Below, one piece after another: positions 12,925 to 24,602 of a stretch of 64,000 nt of DNA (within the stretch, counting starts at the first letter, position 1; the number at the start of each line of letters is the position of its first letter). The DNA is from Heptranchias perlo. Lineage: Eukaryota. The DNA is taken from NCBI RefSeq assembly GCF_035084215.1, contig NC_090348.1, positions 14,632,001 through 14,696,000 on the forward strand. The letters are read 5' to 3'. The position numbers and the translations under genes are program-made. The notes under the pieces were generated by a model. That model was not told the origin of the DNA. It did not search any database and saw only the letters and a list, made by a program, of their open reading frames with translations.

Positions 12925-15642
12925 GAGTGCAACATTCAAGTCATTTAACACAGGGGAAAATTTTCTCCTACCTCCAGGTTTATGTGATGTAGAAAGGTCA
13001 GGATAACCAGAGTATGGGTGGATTACATATTCTATTTGAAGAAGTTAATGCCCTGTTGCCAACAGCAAATGCAGTTCATCAAGTGTTTTTTCTAAAATCC
13101 TGCATGTAACTTTCATTTATACTCTCAGTTCAGTTGTATCAATTAATTCAGTCATGTAGTCTTGGAGTGGCTTCATTCTTTGTGAAATCTTTTTCTTTTG
13201 CATTCCTTAAATTTCAAAGAAAATACAATTTATAATCAAGTGCCATTATTCATTTTGGGATTTAATCATGTCTTGATCTCTCTGTAGCAGTCTGTACTTT
13301 TCGACGACGAAAACTGTTGCTTGCAATAAACACATCCATATCCAGGTAGAACCCTCTGTCTGAAGACTTGCATGAAGTTAATGACAAAAATGTAACTCCT
13401 GTTTCTCCAGGTCTTTGGGAAATTGCCATATAGTATTCCAAATATTGTTCTAATCGTCTCATGATGTCTTGAGAGCTTCTGGCCTTAAGTAGTATGTCGG
13501 AGTAAGCTGTGATAGGTTTCTGCGTAACAATTAGACCAAGGACAGTGATAGGCTAAACGATAGAAGTTGGCAACATATTATATGTAAGCATTGAAATTAA
13601 CTTGCAGGTGTGGCTCTAGAGAAGATAACAAGGGATATTGAGGAAGAACCTACACTTAAATAGCTGTTTATGTGAATTCAGAGTTACAAACAAAGAATCC
13701 CCTCAGCCTGGAGCCACGCAATGTAACTGTCCTTTTCATCAAGCTAAACTGAGGTAGTCTGCTGAGGAAACTGCATTTCCCTTTTTGGTACATTGGAGAT
13801 TATGCAGGTGAGCAGAAAGACTCGGAGTTAACAATTTTTTGTGTTTTTCAGTTCAACTGTTTAACAACTCATGTTGATGTCATTAAAATCTGTACAATTC
13901 CTTAGCAGGTTGTGAACGCTCATCTAAGTGTAGTTTTTGATAAAATCTAATTTGATGGGGACATCGAAGAAGTTCCAAGAAAGATAATTTATCAGGCAGC
14001 TCTTGCTCAGCTGCAATGTCCAGTTGCTAAGGTGTTCTGCATTTCCTCCGTATCTCTCACCATCTTCTGATCTGCTTTTTCCACTAACTTTTTGCCAAGA
14101 TAACTCCGTTTGTCCTCGCAATTAAAAATTTCCGCCCAGATTGTCGGACAGAAATGAGTTGGTACATTTTCACGGTGTTACAGATTGAGAGGATTTATGT
14201 GGATATCAGCGCATTCAACTTTTCTTTGCACATGGAGGCACTTCCAGCAGTCCGGGAGTGTAAGGATTTGAAAGGCACTAGCAACCAACTACGTAATTTA
14301 CTGAGTTTCTGCAGTAAGGTAGAGGGAAGCTCAAAAAATGTCTTATCTCAATCGGGATAGATTAAGAAACGAGTTGCAAGTTGGAGGCATCATTTACATA
14401 CATTTTACATTTACATTCTGCTAAAATGCACCAAAGGCATGCTTTCTTCTCAGTGTGATTAGTTCCATTTTAAATTAAAACGTATCATATAGAAATAAAT
14501 ACATTATGTAACCCGCTTTAATTTAGTTCAGAGATTTCCCAGAAGTAACTGGGCTCTTTTGCATCATATGTTGAGCGTTGTTACGACGCGAACCAACTGA
14601 TTTCCCTGAAATTCGACAAGAAAATCATCAGGTCCCTCAATGTCCTATCTTTACCGATTAAATCTCTTTTGTAATCTGACGTCATGCATTAGTTATAGTG
14701 GGTTACACATTTCCCTTCCCAAAAAGGCCATAATGTTAAGTAGTTAAACATGCTATGATTTAAAGTTACTCTGTCCCATGCGAGTTAACATTCAGGCAAT
14801 GAGTGTTCGAAGCAATAAATTAAATAATAAGCCATTGCACTTTTGGTGAAAGCAAATAAGATTTAACTCTCCAGAGATGTAATTTAAAAAGCAAACTTCA
14901 TTCCTGTTATTTGAGGTAATGTCCCAAGCATGCCAGGATAAAAGTGAATCTTCAATATCAAGGCATGCTATTTTAGGGATTTTCTTTTTGAACTATGTTT
15001 CTCGCATCAAATTGGGGACAGGGGAATTTTACGTTCAATCCTGGAAGCACATGAATTGCTGAAACTGCAAAATTGCAACACTGCAGTTGTTTTCAGCAGA
15101 TACGTTGTTACATCATAAAGTTCAGGCAAAAGCAGTAACTTGCTTTCTTTGATGAAGTATTTTTCAGCGGACCAAAACCGTCACATCACCTCTCGCAATG
15201 AAATACTCATCAGTAGTGCGAACACTGCAGACGCTTGCAAGTTTCACCAGAACGCAGTCATCTGAAGCATTTGGTTATTTGTTTGTTATTTGGATGCACG
15301 GTGCAGCTTGCAAAATTGCACCTTAACACATGCATTGGTATTTGTAAATGAACTGAGAAAAACGTCCATTCGAGTTTGGTGAACGGGTACAAGTCCAGGT
15401 TTATAAAAAGGTACCTACGGATGCTCACGAGAAGGGATCGGGAAATGTTTTCCCTCGTTACCCAGTTGGAGAAAGAAAGCCATTTAAAAATAAATGAAAA
15501 TATACCTTCCACGTAATTCTGAAAGCTTATTTTGCTGAGCATAACTGCAATGCCACAACTCATCAACGAGGTCAACAAAGCAATACATGGGTCAGTAACA
15601 GTGTCTGGGAAGCATGACTGCCGTCACTGAGCCCGTGGCTCT

Positions 15643-17115
15643 TTAAACGTCAGTCAGCAGTTTGCTCTTATTCACACAATTTTGGTTTGCTACAGTGCAG
15701 TTGCCAGTTCTGAGATTTGCTTCTCTAAAATTATCTATGCTGTTGTTCACGTCTTCCTCGATCTCCATATAGTCCGACTTGCTAATAGTGGAGGAGCTGC
15801 GGCTTCGTAAATCACTGTCCGAAGCAATGTTCGGGCAGCTAACGTGCAGGTACTGAGCCTGCTCCTCCCCTTCGGTCTCCCGGTGGTAGAAGTAGTTGAA
15901 GTTGGAGACGATGACGGGCACGGGCAGGGCGATGGTCAGGACCCCGGCGATGGCACACAAGGATCCCACAATCTTTCCTCCGATGGTGATGGGATGCATG
16001 TCTCCATAACCCACCGTAGTCATGGTGACCACTGCCCACCAGAAAGCTTCTGGGATGCTGGTGAAATAGGACAACCGGTCGTCAGCTTCCGCGAAGAACG
16101 CGGCACTGGAAAACAGAATGACTCCGATAAACAGAAAAAAGATAAGCAGTCCCAGCTCCCTCATACTGGCTTTAAGAGTCTGTCCCAAGATCTGGAGGCC
16201 TTTCGAGTGCCGGGACAACTTGAAAATCCGAAATACTCGAACCAAACGGATAACTCTGAGGATGGCCAGAGAAGTGGTCTGTTCCCCGCTCTTGTTGCCC
16301 TCGGCCTCCTCTGCCAATTCAGTGCCCAGGGTGATGAAATAGGGGATGATCGCCACTATGTCAATGAAATTCATGATGTTCTTGAAGAACTCCGCCTTGC
16401 TGGGACAGGCGAAGAATCTGACTGTCAGTTCGAAGGAGAACCAGATGATGCAGAGTGTCTCCACGATAAAGAAGGGGCCGGTGAGGATGCTGGCTTTGTA
16501 GGTGATGGTGGTGTTCCCGACTTCCATCGTCCGTTCCCTGTCGTCCTTCAGTTCAGGCAGGGTCTCCAGGCAGAAGATGACGATGGAGATTAAAATGACC
16601 ATCACGGAGATGATGGCAATTCCCCTGGCTGGCCCCGAGCTCTCCGGATGCTCGAACAGCAGCCATACCTGGCGCTGGTACTCGTTCTCAGGCAATGGGC
16701 GCTCCTCCTCCCTGATGAACCCTTCGTCCTCCCGGAATTTTTCCATCGCCTCCTCGCCCAGCTCGTAGAATTTAATCTCCTCCGAGAACATCTCCAGCGG
16801 CACATTGACGGGTCTGCGGAGCCGGCCCCCCGACTGGTAATAGTACAGGATGGCATCGAAACTGGGGCGATTCCGGTCGAAGAAATACTCGTTCCGCAAC
16901 GGGTCGAAGTAGCGCATCCTCTTCTTGGGGTTTCCCAGCAGGGTGTGGGGGAATTGGGCCAGGGTCTTGAGCTGGGTCTCGAACCTCAGCCCTGAGATGT
17001 TGATGACCACCCGCTCACAACACTCGTGGTCATCGTGGTCCGGCGGGTAGCTGTCCTGAGGGTGGCCGGGCAAAGCCGAGGCTTCGTCTATGTTGTCGCC
17101 GGCGAGAACCGTCAT
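15643..17115 (-). CDS. KCNA1: Voltage-gated potassium channel Kv1.1 (Shaker-related subfamily A member 1), copy 1, 490 aa
   Basis: Kv1.1-type N-terminus ([26 protein letters not shown]), T1 domain, S4 [20 protein letters not shown] filter, PVPVIV hinge, and Kv1.1-specific C-terminus [14 protein letters not shown]; uninterrupted CDS. Confidence 0.97.
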   Translation of the reverse strand: MTVLAGDNIDEASALPGHPQDSYPPDHDDHECCERVVINISGLRFETQLKTLAQFPHTLLGNPKKRMRYFDPLRNEYFFDRNRPSFDAILYYYQSGGRLRRPVNVPLEMFSEEIKFYELGEEAMEKFREDEGFIREEERPLPENEYQRQVWLLFEHPESSGPARGIAIISVMVILISIVIFCLETLPELKDDRERTMEVGNTTITYKASILTGPFFIVETLCIIWFSFELTVRFFACPSKAEFFKNIMNFIDIVAIIPYFITLGTELAEEAEGNKSGEQTTSLAILRVIRLVRVFRIFKLSRHSKGLQILGQTLKASMRELGLLIFFLFIGVILFSSAAFFAEADDRLSYFTSIPEAFWWAVVTMTTVGYGDMHPITIGGKIVGSLCAIAGVLTIALPVPVIVSNFNYFYHRETEGEEQAQYLHVSCPNIASDSDLRSRSSSTISKSDYMEIEEDVNNSIDNFREANLRTGNCTVANQNCVNKSKLLTDV

Positions 17116-17535
17116 CCTGCCGGCCGACGGCGTTCAGTGGGGCGATTTGGCTGGGTCCGATTCACTGACTGCTACTCCCCCGCGATCGGACATTCGGAGG
17201 CAGCACTTTGGAGGGGGTGGGGAGGACGGTTGGGGCTCGAAGGGAGAACGGGTCTAACGGATCACTCTGGGTTTTCTGGCTGATTTAACCATTGTGGGAC
17301 TCAGCACTTCAAACGGATCCAAGTGATCTCAGCAGCTCAGCAAATTCCGTGGCGTTTCTTCCCCTCAGGACCAAAGTGCTGCGGAATACAAAAGGTTAGC
17401 ATAAAACAAAACTGAACTTAACATAAATGGGCAAATGTTGGACCCTATGTGAATGGAGCTCATGCACTGAAGAGTTTTCCAGCAGCCCGGACCTCGCGTT
17501 CTTACATCTTCGCAGAAGGCAGCGAATGGTTTTCG

Positions 17536-17645
17536 CTGGAAAAAAAACAGCTGCAGTATTAGGATAGGAGGGAGGAGGAGGAGGAGCAGGAGGAACTCTG
17601 CAACTGCAGGGTTCACTTGGAGCGAAGTGAAAAATAAACCCTTAC
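17536..17645 (-). other. Predicted 110-nt 5'UTR intron of KCNA1 copy 1
   Basis: Minus strand CAG|GTAAGG donor, C/T-rich tract, CTAAT branch-like site and TTTTTTTTCCAG acceptor; agrees with the two-exon KCNA1 layout known in mammals. Confidence 0.65.
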
Positions 17646-18464
17646 CTGATAAGTAAAGGAGGACAAAATGAACAGTGCAGGAATGCGACCCAGCCTCGGA
17701 GCAATGCAAAGCTTTCCTGCGTACTTCTACCTCGCTTTACTATGGATATCGGTTTACAGCTTTGTGTGTATGAGATCTGCTGAAATATTAATAGCCTATA
17801 TTATACTGTACTGACACCATTTACAAGTCATTTGTTCCTGACGTTGGTTGCAGCAAGCAGCGGTCTAGGTTAAGAATGAAAACTCGCCGGCGCTGTTTTA
17901 AAACACCACCAATTAAAGTGCAGAGAAAAAATACGTTAAACTGTGCACACGGACTTCATGGCAGGTTACGGAAAAAGATCTTCTGGTACAGCATCCTGGC
18001 CCCTTGTTGAAGGCTCATGTGGTGCAGTGTGGAAGACTGAATACATTAAAGCCAAGCGAGCTGGTCATCCCCTAGCATTGCAGTGTCAGCAAAAAATAAA
18101 TAAGAGCAGTGTTTTGTGGAGTGTAGACAGGGCACCGTTCTCCGGCCAGTAACCTCACAGCTCCAGCAAAGCAGGTCCCACATTACAGTGAGAACAGCCG
18201 CTTCCTAAAAAAAATCTCTACTATTTCTCACATACGAAAAATTGAGATATTTTAGACGCAGTGCAGACAACCCGGTAAAATCCTCAGTGCACACGACGCC
18301 GTGCACACTCGCAAAAAAAACGCACCATAAACATGAAAACTGCTGCATCATTTGGTTAGATTTTACGACAATGTTCCTTTGACTGCAGCTCACTGTAGCA
18401 AACCTTCGAACCCAATCACTGCAGCGCGAGTTCAGCCGGCAGGTACAATGTTACTGTACGGAGA

Positions 18465-18571
18465 TATATATGCAGCAAGCAGCCATACAACAGCCCACAT
18501 TAATTGTAAACAGTTACAGGGATGGACTGTCTTACAGTCTTTTCAATGTTTAATAGGCCAATGCCCCGCCC
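18465..18571 (-). promoter_or_regulatory. Putative core promoter of copy 1 (TATA-like, CCAAT, GC box)
   Basis: TATATAT at 18465-18471, CCAAT at 18558-18562 adjacent to GCCCCGCCC at 18563-18571, in a CpG-containing region upstream of the gene. Confidence 0.4.
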
Positions 18572-18831
18572 TTTATTTGCTCAAGATTAGCAAAACAGAT
18601 CAATTGTTCCCATCACACATAATTTTAAACTGTCAACAGAATATTAAGTGTTGGACATAATCTTGATAAGATTGCTAACACAGCGCGCTGATGATGTTTT
18701 AACTGAAGTATCGACAACTTGAGAAATACGATTTTGTTGGTGTATCTATAAAAAAATCTCATCCTCTCCCCGTTTATATTATATTCCCACAATTTTACTT
18801 AAACTTGAAAGAACAAACGCGCAGTCAGTTA

Positions 18832-20996
18832 CAGAATCAAAGAAAGGTTGTAACACGGAAGGAGGCCACTCGGCCCACCGAGTCCGCGCTGGCTCTGTGC
18901 AACACCAATCCAGCTCGTCCCACTCCCCCGCACTATCCCCATAACCCTGCATTTTTTTCCTTTCAAGTATTTATCCAGTTCCTTTTTGAAGGCCATGATT
19001 GAATCTCCACCACCCCCTCAGGCAGTGCATTCCAGATCCTGACCACACCCTGCCTGGAAAAGTTTGTCCTCATGTCACCTTTGGTTCTTTTGCCAATCAC
19101 CTTAAATCTATGTCCTCTGGTTCTTGACCCTTTCACCAATGGGAACAGTTTCTCTCTATCTACTCTGTCTAGACTCTTCATGATTGTGAATACCTCTATC
19201 AAATCTCCTCGCAACCATCTCTGTTCCATGGAGAACAATCCCAGCTTCTCCAGTTTATCCACGTAACTAAAATCCCTCATCCCTGTAATCATTCTGGTAA
19301 ATCTCTTCTGCACCCTCTCTAAGGCCTTCACATCTTTCCTAAAGTGCAGTGCCCAGGACTGGACACACTACTCCAGTTGTGGCCAAACCAGTGTTTTAGA
19401 AAGGTTCATCATGACTTCCATACTTTTGTACTCTATGCCTCTATTTATAAAGCCCAGGATCCCGTATGCTTTTTTAACCGCTTTCTCGACCTGCCCTACC
19501 ATCTTCAACGATTTGTGCACATAGACCCCCAGATCTCTCTGTTCCTGTACCCCTTTTAGAGTTGTGCTCTCCAGTTTATATTGCCTCTCCTCGTTCTTCC
19601 TACTGAAATGTATCACTTCACATTTTTCTGCGTTAAATTTCATCTGCTACGGTGTCCGCCCATGTCACCAGCCTGTCTATATCCTCTTGAAGTCTATCAC
19701 TATCCTCCTCACTGTTCGCTACACTTCCAAGTTTTGTGTCATCTGCAAATTTTTAAAATTGTGCCCCCTACACCCAAGTCCAAAGTCATTAATATATATC
19801 AAGAAAAGCAGTGGTCTCATCACCGAACCCTGGGGAACACCACTTGTACACCTCCCTCCAGACCAAAAAACAACCTTTCACCACCACTCTCTGTTTCCTG
19901 TCACTTAGCCAATTCTGTATCCATGTTGCTACTGCTCTCTTTATTCCATGGGCCGCAATCTTGATGATAAGCCTACCATGCGGCACTTTATCAAACGCTT
20001 TTTGAAAGTCCATATCAACTGCATTGCCCTCATCTACCCTCTCTGTTAACTCATCAAAAAACTCTATCAGGTCAGTTAAACATGATTTTCCTTTAACAAA
20101 TCCATGCTGGCTTTTCCTAATCAATCCAACTCATCCAAGTGACTGTTAATTCTGTCCCGGATTATCGTTTCTAAAAGTTTCCCCACCACTGAGGTTAAAC
20201 TGACTGATCTATTGTTGCTGGGTTTATCCTTACACCCTTTTTTGAAAAAGGGTGTCGCATTTACAATTCTCCAGTCCTCTGGCACCGCCCCCGTATCTAC
20301 GGATGTTTGGAAGATTATGGCCAGCATCTCCACAATTTCCACTCTTACTTCCCTCAGCAACCTAAAATGCATCCCATCCGAACCGGGTGATTTATCTACT
20401 TTAAGTACAGCTAGCCTTTTTAATACCTCTTCTTTATCAATTTTTAGCCCATCCAGTATCTCAACTACATCTTCCTTGACTGAGACTCTGGCAGCATCTT
20501 CTTCCTTGGTAAAGACAGTTGCAAAGTACTCATTTAGTACCTCAGCCATCCCCTCTGCCTCCATGAGTAGATCTCCTTTATGATCCCTAATCGGCCCCAC
20601 CCCTCCTCTTACTACCCATTTACTGTTTACATGCCTGTAGAAGGCTTTTGGATTCCCCTTATGTTGGCCATCAGTCTATTCTCATACTCTCTCTTTGCCC
20701 CTCTTATTTCCTTTTTCACTTCCCCTCTGAACTTTCTATATTCAGCCTGGTTCTCACTTGTGTTATCAACCTGACATCTGTCATACACCCCTTTTTTCCA
20801 TTTCATCTTACTCACTATCTCTTTTGTCATCCAGGGAGCTCTGGCTTTATTTGCCCTATCTTTCTGCCTCATGGGAATGTGCCTAAACTGTACCCGAACC
20901 ATCTCCTCCTGAAAGGACGCCCTCTGTTCAATTACGGTTTTGCCTGCTAAACTTTGATTCCAATTTACCTGGGCCAGATCTGTTCTCATCCCATTG
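18832..20996 (-). mobile_element. 5'-truncated CR1-clade LINE, specific to unit 1
   Basis: Broken ORF2 pieces (KSQHGFVKGKSCLTDLIEFF..DFQKAFDKVPH; KFNAEKCEVIHF; LERVQKRFTRMI); inserted into cagtta|aaaagaaaatgcgc, which is empty in units 2 and 3. Confidence 0.93.
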
Positions 20997-21555
20997 AAAA
21001 GAAAATGCGCTAAAAACGTAAACATGGGATTCCTGCGTTTTGTTGGCCTCCAATTTGAAAGCAGCAAAAACAGAGCATCTGCGTAAACCTCAAATGGTTC
21101 TGGAAATTGATCGAGCCTGACAATTAACAGAGAAAGGACCGTCACTGGACTCGGGAGTTAATGTTTCACCACTTATGTAATTTGACTGATGCCAATCCAC
21201 ATTACCAGAAGGCGCTGTTCACAGTTCCATTTGCCCTAATACTGAAGTTCGCAACCTCCTACACCACAACATGTGTATTTAATTAGAGCATTCTTAATTC
21301 AAGGCTGTTTACTGGCAAATTTATCCTCACTGTTGATAAAACTTAGAACATGAACTGTAGAGCAAAAAATTAGAATCAGCTGGTGCAACTCCTTGGTTGT
21401 GAATTTGATGGTCAGCCACCAGGTGTGTTTAGACAGTGAGTTTATCTGCCCAAATGCTCCCAACAGAAAAAGGACATAAACTGTAACATAACCAGGGCTG
21501 CATTAGTGCATATGAGACACATTCCTAGGTACTTCGGTCAAATATGGGGACCCCT

Positions 21556-21906
21556 TAGGGTTGCCAACCATCCAGGATTGTCCTGGAGTCTCCAGGAATT
21601 ATAGAATAAGTAGCCCAAGAGAGAAATCCTGGGGGTATTAAAAATATGCTTTTTTTTTCATTTTCTTTGAACACTTTTGTTTATTAGTTAGAAAAATATT
21701 GAAGGTGCCAAAAAAAGACTGTTTGACTGACAGTCAAGAATCATCCAATCGGGTAATGAAGTATCTGTTTGCTTTCCAATTATCATGGGAAGGTGGTCGG
21801 ACGTGTGGGATGACCAATGGCGGGAGCATTGGGGCGGGGCAGTTAGAAGCGGGAGGTCACGTGATGAAACCTCCAGGAATATGTCCAAGCAAAGTTGGCA
21901 ACCCTA
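21556..21906. mobile_element. hAT-type MITE (unit 1 copy)
   Basis: TIRs TAGGGTTGCCAAC...GTTGGCAACCCTA; degenerate 8-bp TSD ggacccct/gggccccc (ggaccccc in unit 2). Confidence 0.75.
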
Positions 21907-22916
21907 GGGCCCCCCCACTAGGGGCCCTATGATCGCAGCTCATCATAACCTTAAGCAGCGTTGCCTGCCGGTTGCATTAATTGAAATGCAGAGCTGGCAG
22001 TGACTGGAATTTGGGAGTGGTTGGGGGTGGGGTGTTAGTTACCTGACTGTGGTCGTGCTTGTGCCTTGTGTCCCAGACGTGGTGCCATGAGCTGGAAGAC
22101 GTGTTGGTGAGCAGATTGGGAAGACTGGAAGACCCCGTCATATCAGGGTGGGAAGATGTGGTGGAAGAATTTCTAGATGCTTCTGGAGCTCTTCTGGAGA
22201 TTGACTATGTAATCTTTAGATATTTTATTACATATTTGTGCTTTAATGGTTGGGGCGGCGGTGGGGGAATGTTCTTCATACCCAGGGCCCCAAGACTTCT
22301 TAATGCAGCCCTGGACATAATCCAAAAATTCTGCAGATGGTGGAGGCTTCAGAATCATTAGCACCAATTAGATATTTTGTACAATACATATAGGTTATCT
22401 ACATTGTCTTGTTCAACAACGTAACATGATAAATAAATCCAGAAATGAGGTGTCTCTCCCATTGGAGGACAAATTGTTAAGTGGGTTATGGTCAGATACA
22501 GAGCAAGAACAAGAGGCCTTACAACTGATGCATATCCTTAATAAGTGCAATGAATGGTCCTTAAGGCACATATCTGTGGGGAAACAAAACTCAACTCTTA
22601 GAAAATATATGTATGGAGACTTTGAGGTCACAGACCTTTTCTTTGTTCTCTCTCTCTCTTCTTGTTCCACCAATGAAGCAAAATAATTAGATATATGTTC
22701 CATCATATGAAGGTACCATGGGGGAGGGCAGGAGGAAGTTCTTGAATTGAAATGACTGTTCTTATTGGCAGCGCAATTAGCCATTCCATGACATGAAGAG
22801 CTGGGGGTGGGGCAAAGATTAAGCATTTGGCTCACAGTCTTTCTCTGGGTGAAAAAGTGAGTCTGTATTAGCTGGGTTGTGATATAAGTGTTAGGTTCCT
22901 TACCATCCTTACCATC

Positions 22917-23364
22917 AGCCGTGGCTCAGTAGCAGCTCTCTCGCGTCTGAGTCAGGTTGAGGGTTCAAGTCCCACGCCAGAGCTTTGAGCACAAAATCTT
23001 GGCTGACATTCCAGGGCAGTACTGAGGGAGTGCTGCACGGTAGGACATGCTGTCCTTCAGATGAGATAATAAATCGAAGACCCATCTGCTCTCTCAGTTG
23101 GACATAAAAGATGCAATGGCATTATTTCAAAGAAATTCTGCCCAGTGACCTGGCCAATATTTGTCCCAAAACCAACATCACAAATAAAGATTATCTGGTC
23201 ATTATCACATTGTTGTTTGTGGGACCTTGCTGTGTGCAAATTGGCTGCTGTATTTCCTACATTACAACAGTGACTACACTTCAGAAGTACTTGATTGGTT
23301 GTAAAGCGCTTTGGGGCATCCTGAAGTTGTGAAAGACACAATATAAATGCAAGTCTTTCTTTCA
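22917..23364 (+). mobile_element. tRNA-derived SINE, Deu-domain (SacSINE1-like)
   Basis: A box TGGCTCAGT, B box GGTTCAAGTCC, central gtactgagggagtgctgcac...cagatgaga domain, and tail gtaaagcgctttggggcatcctga...ataaatgcaagtctttcttt. Confidence 0.8.
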
Positions 23365-24386
23365 TTCTTTTAGAGAAGTTAAACTTCAACATAAGAAACA
23401 AAATGAATCACAGCAATACCCCAGTAATTTAAATAGAGGGAGATTCTCTAACACATTAGCATATTGACATCATCCCATCAAGGAAAACACCTGTGGGCAG
23501 TGTCCATTTAAGAAATTTGTACTCTGTTCAACAAGGTAAATTTTCTCCTATTTTGACACATTAAATGCTTAGTTCAAGATTTTGTCAAGTACTTTTACAG
23601 AAGGAGGCAGTATTAAGGCCCCATATAACAAGAGCACTGGAAGGTAATACAGTAGCACACTAGAGCAGCTTCTGACAGCACAAGGTCAGAAAGGGAACTG
23701 AGGGATAAGCTGTGAAGGGGTTTTGGTTCTGGAGGCTGAACTTCTTTCAAAAGCATGAGGAGGACAACAGTGTCAGGAGAAACTCAGAACTCCCTTCCTG
23801 AACCCTTAAGAACAGAATTCCATCCAAAACCTTTGGCTGCCAAAACATTATCTATCAACCTCTAAACTTATACTCTACTCCCATTGCCTCCCTCAGAAAT
23901 CTATTCCACACGTTCATCACTCTTTGCATGAAGAATTCATACCATGAGGGTAACTTAGTATTCTTCTTTGTTTGTTCAAAAAATGGAGTATACCAGATTA
24001 GTACAAAAAAAACTGATGGTACTTTAAGAATCTATATCTTCAGGCCACTTTGGAGCATGGCAATAAAAATGTTGCCTGTCTTGACTATCAAATCAAAAGA
24101 TTGTATACTGCTCCAAGTAGCTGCCTTACAGATTGTCTGAAGTGAATTCCCCTGCTCTTTGGCCTATAAAGTGGCTGCTGCACAAATAGAGTGAGCTTTA
24201 ATTTTTTTGCAGGGTCTTGTTCTTCAAGGAAGTAACACAAGAACAAAGTTCATTACCAGCTTTTCCAGTCTTTGTCAGCAACAAGTTTACCAAAAGTCTT
24301 GATTAATGCATCTTTTGATAATATGCATTAACTAAAGGAAGAAATATGAGGTGATAGATAAACTTTTGCACCATTCGACAAACAAA

Positions 24387-24602
24387 CAGTTCGAGCATTA
24401 CCCTATCCAAAGCCAGTTTAAGAACTACCCTATTGAAATCCAGCCTGAGAAACAACCTATTCAAAGTCAGCTTGAGAAGCACCCTATCAATAGCCAGCAT
24501 AAAATCCACCCCATCCAAAGGCAGCATTAGAACCACCCTATGAGTAGCCAGCTTGAGAAGTACCTTATCCAAAGCCAGCTTGAGAACCATCCAAATCACA
24601 TG
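24387..24602. repeat. Degenerate 27-bp tandem repeat, ~8 copies
   Basis: Consensus cagcttgagaaccaccctatccaaagc; gives the 9-aa periodic ORF 24303-24599. Confidence 0.85.

Noticed and set aside
15900-16030. Mammalian Kv1.1 I400V A-to-I editing hairpin (equivalent I395 codon at 15931-15933)
   Set aside because: The Ile is present (ATC), but by eye I find only short complementarity with the upstream pore-coding sequence; an editing duplex cannot be supported without folding or RNA data.
15844-16593. 249-aa + strand ORF and other ORFs overlapping each KCNA1 CDS
   Set aside because: Antisense or alternative-frame shadows of a GC-rich CDS with no recognisable domain; repeated only because the gene is repeated.
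17365-17709. 114-aa ORF with a poly-Leu run upstream of KCNA1 (also 43915-44259)
   Set aside because: Non-ATG start; the Leu run comes from the (CCT)n pyrimidine tract of the predicted intron.
22917-22975. tRNA-like A and B boxes (also at 35929)
   Set aside because: Head of a tRNA-derived SINE, not a tRNA gene.
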